Below are positions 37,565 to 48,820 of a stretch of 64,000 bases of DNA, piece after piece. Made by a program: the position numbers and the translations under genes. The stretch lies in the NCBI GenBank assembly GCA_964270895.1, contig OZ185435.1, one strand, 5' to 3'. This DNA comes from Podarcis filfolensis. Its lineage: Eukaryota. The notes beneath the pieces are model-generated. The model worked only from the letters and a program-made list of their open reading frames with translations, was not told the DNA's origin and searched no databases. Numbering within the stretch: the stretch's first letter is position 1; every line of letters begins with the position of its first letter.

Positions 37565-37583
37565 AACAACAGATGGCGCTGGA
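37565..37583 (+). promoter_or_regulatory. Candidate CTCF motif (aacaaCAGATGGCGCTgga)
   Basis: CAGATGGCGCT core; weaker 5' half. Confidence 0.45.
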
Positions 37584-37804
37584 GTTAAGCAAATGAAGGA
37601 GCCTTAAAAAAAAAAAAAGCAACTGAGTTTGGGCTTGAAAACAGGAATCCATTCTTGGTAAATATTAATAATAATTGTGCATGCATTTGAAAGAAAATAA
37701 AATATAACCCAGTGTCTAAATGACTGCACATTTGGCATTGGGAAATAATTTTCACATGTTTGTTATTGTTGTTCTTGGTAACACATACTTTCTGCTGCTT
37801 GAGA

Positions 37805-38355
37805 CAGAATCGTAGAACTGTAGAGTTGGAAGGGTCTCAAGGGTCATCTAGTCCAATGTAGGAATCTCAGCTAAAGTATCCATGACAGATGGCCATCCAA
37901 CCTCTGCTTACAAACCTCCACGAAAACAGAGTCCACCAAACTCCAAGGGAGTCCGTCCCACTGTCGAACAGCTGTTACCACCTGAAAGCTATTCCTGATG
38001 TTTAGTTGGCATCTCCTTTCCCGTAACTTGAATCCATGGGTTTGAGTCCTATCCTCCAGACCACGAGAAAACAAGCTTCCTCCATCTTCCATGTGACAGC
38101 CCTTCATATATTTGAAGATGGCTGTCATATTTCCTCTTCATCTCCTCTCTTCCAGGCTAAACATACCCAGTTCCCTCAACTGTTCCTCATAAGGTTTCCA
38201 GACCTTTGATCATCTTGGTTGCCCTCCTGTTTTAGCATGTCAATATCTTTCTTAAATTGTGGCACCCAGAACTGGTTACAGTATTGGTCTGACCAAGACA
38301 GAACAGAGTGGTACTATTATTTCCCTTGATCAGGACACTAAATTTCTGTTGATGC
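37805..38355 (-). mobile_element. CR1 LINE 3' fragment
   Basis: ORF 37871..38128 resembles the CR1 ORF2 C-terminus (FKYMKGCHMEDG...RQWDGLP...KQRLDGHL); attctacgattct tail. Confidence 0.85.
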
Positions 38356-38529
38356 TGATGTGTGTTTACTCTTCCTAAACTTGTCCTGTGGGTAACATTT
38401 TTATTTTATTTTATTTTATTTTGCCTTTGCACTATTACATGGCTAAGTGATTCATGCAAAATGTTTAGGACTTAGAGGCCCAGAGAATTTATGGAAATGA
38501 TAGGCCTTTATATGTGTTTCTCTCCCCCA

Positions 38530-38532
<3 letters not shown>

Positions 38533-38601
<69 letters not shown>
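38533..38601. repeat. (TC)n(AC)n compound microsatellite
   Basis: Read directly. Confidence 0.95.
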
Positions 38602-38671
38602 GCTTCATTATGAGCACCTAAGAAATGCCTTGCTGGACTAGGTAGACATATGGCCCAACCTTTTTTTCCGT

Positions 38672-38843
38672 AGAAGTTCAAGTTCACAAATAGGAACTCC
38701 CCTCCATAGAAGTTCAAGTTCACAAATAGGACATAATAGAAAAGAAGTTCACAAATAGGAACTTTCTCCCCCACAGAAGTTCAAGTTCACAAATAGGAAC
38801 TTCTTTTTTCATAGAAGTTCAAGTTCACAAATAGGACATAATG
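38672..38843. repeat. Imperfect minisatellite: five copies of core agaagttcaagttcacaaatagga
   Basis: Cores start at 38672, 38708, 38743 (18-nt short form), 38775 and 38813; spacers are 11-14 nt. Confidence 0.95.
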
Positions 38844-39574
38844 GAAATTGTTGTCCCCCTCAGCATCTAGTAATCCAGGTTACATTTTCTCTGAGCATAG
38901 AAGTTCCATTTTAAGGGTTCATCCACACTTCCACTTGTCTCATGCCTAGAAAGCACAGGTCCAAGTGGTTTTCTGCTCATACTGGGCTTTCTAGACATGG
39001 ATCTGGGCTTAGAAAGCATCTTCAGCTCTAAATCAGAGCAAATGTTAATCCAGAGAAAGCTCAGTTGACATTTGCTCTGATGCAGCAGTAAAGATTGGAT
39101 CTCCCCAGGGGAAGGCAGTGGGGAAAGCAGAAGGGTGGATGAACCCTTATTATCCCAACCTCCATGAATTTATCTGACCCTTTTTGAGAGCCATCTAAGA
39201 CCATCACCACATCTGGTCGCAATGATTCTGTGTGATGCACACAAACCTAACGGCACGTAAAGTCTGTCTTTTACACATGCATAGCATAAATTTCCTTCTC
39301 TCAGCCTCAAGCTTGGTCAGAACTTCTGCAGAACAACTCCAACCACATGTCCCACATGGGAATTTGCAGCACTTCATGTCTGTAGCATGCAACTGGAAAA
39401 CACAAGAGTCTTCTTAGAAAAGGCCAAGTCTCTCTCATCCTACCTTGAGGTCCTTCACTTAGAGCTGGAAGCTAGCTACGTATCTAGAATCCTCACCCTG
39501 CACAGGTCACCAGCACAGGATTGTGGGAACATGGAATTAAGCATTTTGTACATATGTACCATTGGGAGTGGATG

Positions 39575-39745
39575 CTTTGGAGCCATAGCTCAGTGGTAGA
39601 CCATCTGATTTGCACACAGGAAGTTCAATCCCTGGTATATTCAAGGAGAACAAAGAGACTTCAGCCTGAAAAGCTGCTGCCAGTCTCTGTAGACCATACT
39701 TATCTAGATGGAGCAATGATCGGACAGTACAAGGCAGCTTCTTAT
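39575..39745 (+). mobile_element. Old tRNA-headed SINE; similar remnants near 17105, 37310, 45400, 51660 and 57295
   Basis: gccatagctcagtggtaga A box, gttcaatccctgg B box, then ctgaaaagctgctgccagtc...ctagatgga body. Confidence 0.6.
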
Positions 39746-40520
39746 TAAACCCTTAATATTAATAGCCAACAGTTTTCCAGTCTCAAGGTATTTTCAGATG
39801 ACACCAAAAGAACACATTTATTTGATTATTGTTGATCGGTCTAATGTTCTGCTGTGCTAACTCTGTTTGGCAATCTGTTTGGCGTTCTCTAGCTCCTCTG
39901 CAAATGACATAGCAATTCCCATGGTACCCTGAGGCCATCCAGTCCTTTCCCCTGTCACCGCCATCGTTGCGCTAGATGCAGGAAGGTGGATTGATTCCCT
40001 TCCTTCCAAAATGAATGTGTGTATCCTATAGGGTTGCTATATTTCAAAAAGTGAAAATCCAGATTTTTTTTAGCCTTTGGGGGTCCTTTCCTCTACAATT
40101 CTACAATTCTATGATTCCATGGATATTTTAACTTGTTGAAAGAGTTTGCATAGATGGTTCCCCCAACTGGTTCATGCCAAAACACTACCCTCTCCCTCCA
40201 TAGGAATGTGATAGTTTGCGGAATAATGTCATTTAGATTTTCAGAAAGAATTAAGTGAGCTATCGTGTCAATAATGCTGGTGGGGAAAGGCTAGAAGCTC
40301 AGAGGCTTAGCTCTGTAGACAGGATGCCACCTCAAAGCAGGGAACTTAAACTGAATAATCTGATAACATTCCATTGTTATTGTTGAATGTGTTGATTATT
40401 TCCGCATTACCAAAATGCTTTAGAGGATCGAAAGCCAAGGATGTACCAAGCATTCTTACTTAGATATGGAGCTCTCTGTGTATGGATCAGAAAATTTCTA
40501 TACTACTCATCATCAGAGCA

Positions 40521-40902
40521 CAGGGACGCTCAGGGACACTGAGCTCAGGGACACTGAGCCTCTTGTGCTTGCTGTTCGGAAGGTCAGCTGTTCAAATCCC
40601 CGCGACAGGGTGAGCTCCCGTTGGTCTGTCCCAGCTCCTGCCAACCTAGCAGTTTGAAAGCATGTCAGTGCAAGTAGATAAATAGGTACCGCTCCGGCGG
40701 GAAGGTAAATGGTGTTTCCTTGTGCTCTGGCTTCAACCACAGTGTTCTTTTGCGCCATTAGTGGTTTAGTCATGCTGGCCACATGACCCGGAAAACTGTC
40801 TGTGGACAAACGCCGGCTCCCTCAGCCTGAAAGCGAGATGAGCGCCGCAACCTCATAGTCGCCTTTGACTGGACTTAACTGTCCAGGGGTCCCTTACCTT
40901 TT
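40521..40902 (+). mobile_element. Sauria SINE, near full length
   Basis: gggacg head, ggttcaaatcc-like B box, gcaagtagataaataggtacc core, and 3' end ggacttaactgtccaggggtcccttacc. Confidence 0.88.
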
Positions 40903-42729
40903 CGTTTTACCTATCTCAGAGCAGTTCAAACAATAAGTTAAAGACTCGTGTACACAATACCGGCTTAAAATGAAGCAGTGACATCTCCCCCCCCCACTCT
41001 ATTTCAATTTCTATTTGCATGTGCTGTACACATCAGTACGGTTGGATGTGTTTTGAAGACAGTTTGGGAGAAAACACACAAAAATGCAGTCTTTCTCAAG
41101 GAGCTTGAGGCTAGATATGGATTGTGGCTGACACCATGTGTACTGGGCTTCATAAACCAGCAATGGGAGTGCACTGGATGCAGAGCAAAGAGGAGTGTGT
41201 ACAGAGCCACAATAAAATATCCCTTAAAATTAAGAGAGCAACCCTACATTCCCTGGGAAGGTGGCTCCCAGGATCTTATGAGACTGCAGACCTCTCTGCA
41301 GATGGAGGCCCCCAGGGCCCCAAAAGAGGTTATTTCAGAGGTCGCTCTTGGGTGGATTAGGGGAAGCCATGGACCCACTACATATAGAGCCCCTTCATTC
41401 TCTAACATGCCCCCAGGAGAGTTGAAAAGTTTCACCTATCCTGAAACTGGCATACTCATTTTGGCCTTCCTTAGTGGAAATCGGAAGCTGAACGGAACCA
41501 AACCGAATGGGAAAATCCACCCTCCTTCTTCCACCTTACTTGACACAAGTTTGGGAATTGGAGGTTTCTCCACTGCAGAATCTCCAGCCCTGCCTCCCTA
41601 CCATTTTAGGATTGCTAAACACCCATGCATGCATCTAGCAATCAACAGAATTTAAAAAAAATAATGTGTGAAATGATGCTTTGTTTCCAGTGATTGTGCA
41701 CTTCATTTACACGTGTTCTCATTTTGCCAAAGGAAGCATAACAAAATAAGTGCTTGAGGGTGCCTTGTTTTCCATTAGCCAAAATGGGTCATCAAAAGGC
41801 ACCCAAAAACAATAAAGTGCTATTAATTTAGATATGCAAATCCAATGTTGCAAGCAAAATAAATTCTGAAAATTCAAATAAAGTTATTTCCCCTTTCTCG
41901 CTTCTCTTTAAGTTTTCCCACTTAAGCTTCCCCCCGTTTGAAGAAAATTTGGCATACTCAACTAGATATTTGTCACCATTTAAAAAATCCCTCCATGAGG
42001 AGAAAATAAAAACAGAAAGTCAAGCTTTATTTTCCCTTTGAATTCAGTTTTAAATATTGATTTGGGAGTCTGTTTCATTTCAATGCCATGTCCACATTAA
42101 ATAGAGGGATCATAAAATAGATCCATTAGGAACATAGGATTTACTATTTCAGATCAGGTTGCTAGTCTTTCACATTCGAAGCCCTGATTACAATGTGGCT
42201 GGTATATGATCCTCAAGAAGAAAAGACCTCCTTTTCCCTTACCCATCCATAATGCATTTAAGCAATGATGCAAGGTTGTACCAGAGGTACTTACCAGATA
42301 TCCCAGAGATGTAACACCCAGAGCCTATCCCTAAGCCCATTAAGATTAAGGTGGGAGAGATAAATGTCAAGGAGTTCAACAGCCCTTTGAACAGCTCCTT
42401 AAAAAACTTAGTGAGGATACACACACACACACTACACCTTAGTGTGCATTCCTACATATGCCTCTCCCAAATGTATGAATGTTGTTCAGTAGTAGTGGTT
42501 GGCACTTGGCTCTTGCAGTCATCTAGGATTGCTTCATGATTTCATTATCCATATATGACTAACTACATCTTATCTTTTCAGCTCTCTGTCTATAGGAATC
42601 ATACTTGGAATATGCTTTTAACCTTCCAGTTATATTGTAATCTTTCCTTTTTTTTTAATGTGCATAACACACATTTTTATAGCAGGCGTCAGTTTCGGTC
42701 ACTTACGAAGGGAACAAGCTTTACACTCG

Positions 42730-43150
42730 CTTTATTTATTTATTTGCAAAAATTTACACACTGCCAACATCAAAAATTAAATAAATATGTTGGTGTTGAA
42801 CAGCATAAAACCAACAATAAAATTACATTAATGCAACAAGTACAAAATATACCCCAAATCAGCTTAATACAGTGAAGTAGCCAGATCTCCTCTCAGGAAA
42901 AGCCTGGGTTAACAGACGACTTCTAAGCAGGTCTCTAAATGCCAAGGGTGTACATGGTTGCCTGATATTCAGTGGGATTGCATTTTAATGGGAAGCTGCC
43001 ACCACACTAAAGGCCCCAGTCTTAGTGGTCGCAAGATGAACCTCCAGAGCCCACAGCACTACTAAGTGTGTCTCTCCCAAGGATTAAAGCAACCGGATTG
43101 CAATATGCAAAGTAAGGTGTTCCCAGAGAGGCCATGGGGCAGTACATCTG
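42730..43150 (-). mobile_element. Old L2 LINE 3' remnant
   Basis: tttatttattt tail, aggaaaagcctggg, gctgccaccacactaaaggccc, ggtgttcccagag motifs. Confidence 0.55.
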
Positions 43151-44889
43151 TTGCTGATATACAGGCAGAACAGCCACTATGTCCAATGGATGCTCAGCCA
43201 AGGAGAAAAGGCAGGAAGCCCACAGCAAGAAATACAATGTCCATGTAAACACCCTTGGTATCAACCGATTAGGAACTGTTCCATATGCCAATGAATCCAC
43301 AATGATGGCAACACATCTCCTGCATGCAACACTCACAAGAAAGCCCAAGTGGCCCCACACCATAAGTGTTGTGTTCTGCTGAGGGAGTGTTGGATCCCTG
43401 GGAGAAAGAGGCAAGTCAAGTCGAAGGTTGTTGGACCATGGACAGCTCCAAGTGAGCAACCTTTACATTAGAACTCCACTTTAAGCCTATGGCGTTAAGT
43501 GGTATATAAATGGCAAAAGAGTAAGTACCGTAAGTAACATGGGGAAGGTGGCATGAACTGCACCTTTGTGGGTCTAAGATACAACCTTGCAGCCCTCATC
43601 TTCTCAAGCTTCCCCTTCACAGCTGTAATGCCCGAGAAGGGCTTTAGCCTCTCTTGATCAGCACTCATGATGGAGAATATCCTGAAAGCGAAAGGTGCAT
43701 GGGTGGGGCAACAGGTAGCAGGTACCATACGGCCACAGCTGCACACCTGTCTGTCATGGAGCTTGCACAAGGGCACAGGTAACAGAGCAATACATCTTAG
43801 ACAAAACTTGTGCCATTGACGAAAGCGTAGCCATAGACAGAATGGGTAGAAGATAGACATAGCTCCCTTTTGCTGCTCATGACTCCACCCTTCACTGGTG
43901 GAACATTCCACTGGCATATCTGGAGGGTTCGTCTGGCCCATCTTTTGCGTCAGCAGTGTATCCTAAGTTCTGCCAGCCTAGCAGAGCTTCTGCAAAACCT
44001 TCTAGGACCCTGGCTGCCAGATCTTGAGTATATTATTGCAATCTGTCAGTCAGCCCATGTCCCCACCCACCAACCAAAAAAGCAAAACAAAAACCCAAAT
44101 CATTGAGCATGAATTGCTGCTTAGGTTATTTGCTGTGACTTATGTATCTGCCAATAAATCTCAAGTACAGGTCAAAGAATGTGTAGCTGGATTCAATCCA
44201 TAAATGTAGCTGAAAAGCTTTACTAACTCTCTCTGGTTGTCAAAAGCTGAGACCATTTCTTGGGATGGTGGGTGGGTGGGTTAAGGGGCAGAATCAAAAG
44301 TCCACAAATTGTTGTTTTAGTAATGCAGACCACCAATCTTGCCACCACACAGAGAAGTTTAAAGTGCAGGGTGCAAAATCTGACTAACAAGAAGAACAAG
44401 GACAACAGGAACAGCAGCAGCAGCAAGAACAGCATAGCTTTATGCAAATCTCCAAACAGGTTACAAGTTTTTTTCAGTATAATCTTGCTTTACGTAGTCC
44501 TCACCTCACCAACTCAGATCTTATCTTCTGGATTCTCTTATGACCCACATGTTTTATATATATTCTTATACTCAAGCCCATCTGTTTTTACTATGTTCAA
44601 ATTGCACTGTGTTCAGTGGGGATTACTCCCAGGTAAGTGTATATAGGATTGCAGCCTAGGATTGTAGTCCTTGTTGATGGAGAGGGAGGGATTTAAAAAA
44701 AACAAACAAAAACACACACCACTACCACCATTGTTTCTAAAGCATTTAAGCAACTTATTATTCAGGTATCTACTTCCTTAAAAGTCCAGTGAGTCTAATA
44801 TAACTTTAAAAGCACACATGATAAAATACTTTTGACCCCCCCCCATAAATCCATTACTTCTCTGACACAAATAGGGACATCATTCTGTA

Positions 44890-45108
44890 CAGTGGTACCT
44901 CGGGTTACGCTTCAGGTTACAGACTCCACTAACCCAGAAAGAGTACCTCTGGTTAAGAACTTTGCTTCTGGATGAGAACAGAAATCGCGCGGTGGTGGCA
45001 TGGCAGAAGGAGGCCCCATTAGCTAATGTGGTACCTCAGGTTAAGAACAGTTTCAGGTTAAGAACGGACCTTCGGAACGAATTAAGTTCTTAACCCGAGG
45101 TACCACTG
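44890..45108 (+). mobile_element. Tc1/mariner (Tigger-like) MITE
   Basis: TA|cagtggtacctcgggtta...taacccgaggtaccactg|TA. Confidence 0.9.
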
Positions 45109-45176
45109 TACAATGAAAGCCCTGTTCTCACATCAAAGACCACAGCTTGAACACACCCTTTCATCCCCTAACAACA

Positions 45177-45322
45177 CATAGAATCATAGAATTGTAGAGT
45201 TAGAAGGGACCCTGAGGATTATCTAATACAACTCCCTGCAATGCAGGAATATGCAGCTGTCCCACACGTGGATCGAACCTGCAGCCTTGACATGATCAAC
45301 ACCACCCTCCAACCAACTGATG
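45177..45322 (-). mobile_element. tRNA/CR1-tail SINE copy (same family as 8245)
   Basis: catagaatcatagaattgtagagttagaaggg tail; gatcgaacc B box. Confidence 0.65.
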
Positions 45323-46146
45323 TGGAAGGGAATATTCTTCACCAAATAGATGTTGTACGGGAAGGCTTGTAGCAACAGTTTCACTTAAAGAAGAACAGAG
45401 CTGGGAAAGAATCTTCTGTGAAACATGGAGCACTGTTGCCAATCAGTGAGCTAAGGTGGAGCAATGGTCTGATTTGATATACGGCACGTCCTTTATTCCT
45501 GTTCATTTACTGTGCAGTAGCACTGGCTTCTGAGGAAAGGAGCATTGCCAATGGGATCATAACAGTTCACTAAAAACAAACAACGCCCCGCCCCCAAAAC
45601 CTGAAGAATGTGTGAACTTACCTTAATCTGGGGATAGAATAGTTGCAAGTCAAATACATCCTGGACTTTCCCCCTTCTATGTAGTTAGATATGAGCAGCT
45701 GTAAACAGAATGGGACACTAGGATTTGGTGTGTGCATTTTCATGCCTGTGTGCGAGAATCAAGCGATGCCCCCAACCCTTACACAGAGATTTATTTTCTA
45801 GAAACTGAATCCTGGAGAACTCCAATACACCTAGATGTGCAGTGACAATGTTTTAAAAGTATATCCTTGACTCTAATCTTCTCCCCCCAGCAGGCAACAG
45901 AGTTTTCCCCAACATAAAGACAAGCTTTGCTAAATAGGGGAAGGTGAAACATACAAACCTTGGCTTTCACCATACCAGTCCCCTCAGACCTCCAAGGCCT
46001 AGCTAGTGGAATAAGCTAGTGTTGTATTGTGATGTTCAGGCACCTGCTGAAGATGCCTTTTGGTTCCAAGAAGGCTTTCCCTGATGTGTCACCCTGGCCT
46101 TTGTGGAATATTAACTGTACATCTATATAAATGGTTTTGTTGGTTT

Positions 46147-46151
<5 letters not shown>

Positions 46152-46190
<39 letters not shown>
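46152..46190. repeat. (TTA)n microsatellite
   Basis: Read directly. Confidence 0.95.
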
Positions 46191-46191
<1 letters not shown>

Positions 46192-47020
46192 GTCTCTTAT
46201 CTCATTTTTATCTTGTTTGTGAAGTGGTTTGTCAGCTTGTAAAATGAATGGATTTGTAAAATAAATAATTTAAAAATGTCTGTGCCTATATCTTTAAAAG
46301 GCTGAAATAGACAAAGGCAGGACCAACCAGAGACACTGTTAGAGAACTTTTGACACTATCTTTAGACGGTGATGTGTGTTATAGTTACTTCGCTTTCTTC
46401 AAAGCGTGGTAAGTAAATCCTGTCCTGTTTTGGGACCCTGCGCTTTCTGCGTGGGGCCCTGGCACAGAGTTCTTCCCTGTTAGGTCTACCTGTCTCCTGG
46501 TAACTTCTCTGCCGAGATGAGATACATTCCATAGGAGGAATTCAACATCACACTTCCATCACGTTTCCACTTATATGATGCATTCACTGAATCCCACCCT
46601 ACATTTTGATTTCAGGTGTAGTCATGCTTTCTACATTTGCATTTATCCATCTAAGTTAGCATATGCACATTTTATGCAAATATTCTTTTGGTGTTGGTGA
46701 TGTACTTCTTCCTTTTAAGGGAAGGGACAACGCTTTTGTTGGCCTTTAATTCTGAAACCACTTACGTCACATTTGGTTCTGGAGTTAAGTGGCATGTTTT
46801 CCAGCACTTTACAACACAGGGCACACCCTGCACCATAGTTCTGCTGCCGGGGATTGTGGCCTTAAGCCTTTGAACTGATGGTGTGGCTTCCTCAAATAAA
46901 TGCTTAAAAATAAATATTGGGCATGGGAGGAAAGTTAAAAAAGAAAGAAAAGAAAAGTGAACATTCAGCTGAGAACTTTATAGAAAACACTACCGAATTA
47001 ACTCACAGTACATTTGTTAA

Positions 47021-47152
47021 NNNNNNNNNNNNNNNNNNNNNNNNNNNNNNNNNNNNNNNNNNNNNNNNNNNNNNNNNNNNNNNNNNNNNNNNNNNNNNNN
47101 NNNNNNNNNNNNNNNNNNNNNNNNNNNNNNNNNNNNNNNNNNNNNNNNNNNN
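47021..47152. other. N-run (132 nt)
   Basis: Read directly. Confidence 1.
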
Positions 47153-47409
47153 TTGGCTGCCAGTGAAGCATGATGCTATTATTCAGTTTGTGGCTTGGAG
47201 GGAGGGGAGAGGAAGGGAAGCTATAGAATATAGCACCGTTCTAATTGGCTAACAGATAGCGACATCTGGGATTGCAAAGGGCAGCTGGTAATTCTGTTTA
47301 GCTTCCAGTGGGAAGAAATAAAATAAGCAAAGGAGAAGGAACGGCTGAAAAAAAGTGCCATATGCAATTTGGGAGTAGTGACCAGGACCCATCTACTGAA
47401 CACTGCTTT

Positions 47410-47609
47410 NNNNNNNNNNNNNNNNNNNNNNNNNNNNNNNNNNNNNNNNNNNNNNNNNNNNNNNNNNNNNNNNNNNNNNNNNNNNNNNNNNNNNNNNNNN
47501 NNNNNNNNNNNNNNNNNNNNNNNNNNNNNNNNNNNNNNNNNNNNNNNNNNNNNNNNNNNNNNNNNNNNNNNNNNNNNNNNNNNNNNNNNNNNNNNNNNNN
47601 NNNNNNNNN
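47410..47609. other. N-run (200 nt)
   Basis: Read directly. Confidence 1.
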
Positions 47610-48664
47610 GAAAAAGCACTATTGAATTCCATTAGAGGTCTTTGTTTTTAAATCAGTCATTTCTTTGTGAATAGCCAACTATATACTTCTTGACCCTATC
47701 GGGGAGTAATAATTGTGAACTAATATCACAAAACATTAATCTGAGTTACTGATTCAATTAAAGCTACTTTCTCCAGGATTATTTCTGTACTATCAAATGT
47801 GAAAACAGCCTGAGTATTGCAAATACGTTTCCTTCTTTCTTTCTTTTTTACTTTTTGCTGGAGGAGAACACACTTTCTCAATTTATTTTCTCCCAAGTCC
47901 AGTTTCAATTCATTAGGTATAAGGAAGGCTACTAGATTAGATTTCTTAAAACACACAAACACACACACAACCGTGCCAAGGAGAAATAACCCCAATCAAC
48001 AAATCTATAAAGGTAAACAGTTTTACAAGATGTGCCACAAATAGTTCATGCATAGTCTTGGTTAATTATTAGGAAAATCAATAAATAACTCCCCATCTTA
48101 CAAGCCAAACAGTGCCACCTTATCTATCCATCACATATGATTTATCCAGCTTCATAATTGCTTGGATAATTAGTACAGGATTTAGGTTCATTTGGTATGC
48201 CAAACCCTTTGGGAATGGTTGAATAATTACCATTTGTGGAGACGATCAAGTTATGAATTATTCTTTCCCATACAGAAAGGTGGCTTGGGAACTTAGCAGC
48301 ATGCCTTTCTTCATTCACTGCCCTAAATACAAATAGGAGTTTATCCATCATTCCATGTCAAATGCCCTTCAGATGAAATGCATTTTAAGATTTTTTTTAA
48401 AAAAATCATGCCATGCTGGCAAATACATTTTTAGATGGGGTACAGAACTAAACAGAGAGAAATGCAGGAGTGTGTGTGACCCATGCCCCTCACATTTCAC
48501 ATAATGGTAAGGGGTGGGTGGGAGAAAGCGAGCACTCTTTATACAGACCATATTTAAATATTGCTTTTCTGTGTTTTCTGAAGATAATGGTCTGTTTTCA
48601 AATCCAAACGATCGTCATGCCTCTGTGGCGGAGTTTTCGATGCCCACAGCTTGAGAATGAGACT

Positions 48665-48820
48665 NNNNNNNNNNNNNNNNNNNNNNNNNNNNNNNNNNNN
48701 NNNNNNNNNNNNNNNNNNNNNNNNNNNNNNNNNNNNNNNNNNNNNNNNNNNNNNNNNNNNNNNNNNNNNNNNNNNNNNNNNNNNNNNNNNNNNNNNNNNN
48801 NNNNNNNNNNNNNNNNNNNN
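48665..48820. other. N-run (156 nt)
   Basis: Read directly. Confidence 1.

Noticed and set aside
38672-38843. CRISPR-like repeat/spacer appearance
   Set aside because: Vertebrate DNA, no cas genes, and spacers are only 11-14 nt and related to each other; it is a minisatellite.
40978-41655. Longest non-TE ORF in the track (225 aa, + strand)
   Set aside because: Starts at GTG, has no recognisable domain, promoter or splice context, and its ends overlap repeat-like sequence; most likely chance.
43330-43480. Faint resemblance to a DIRS tyrosine-recombinase C-terminus (..NLYIR..)
   Set aside because: It needs frameshifts and lacks a convincing HSFRIGAA-type motif, so it is left unassigned.
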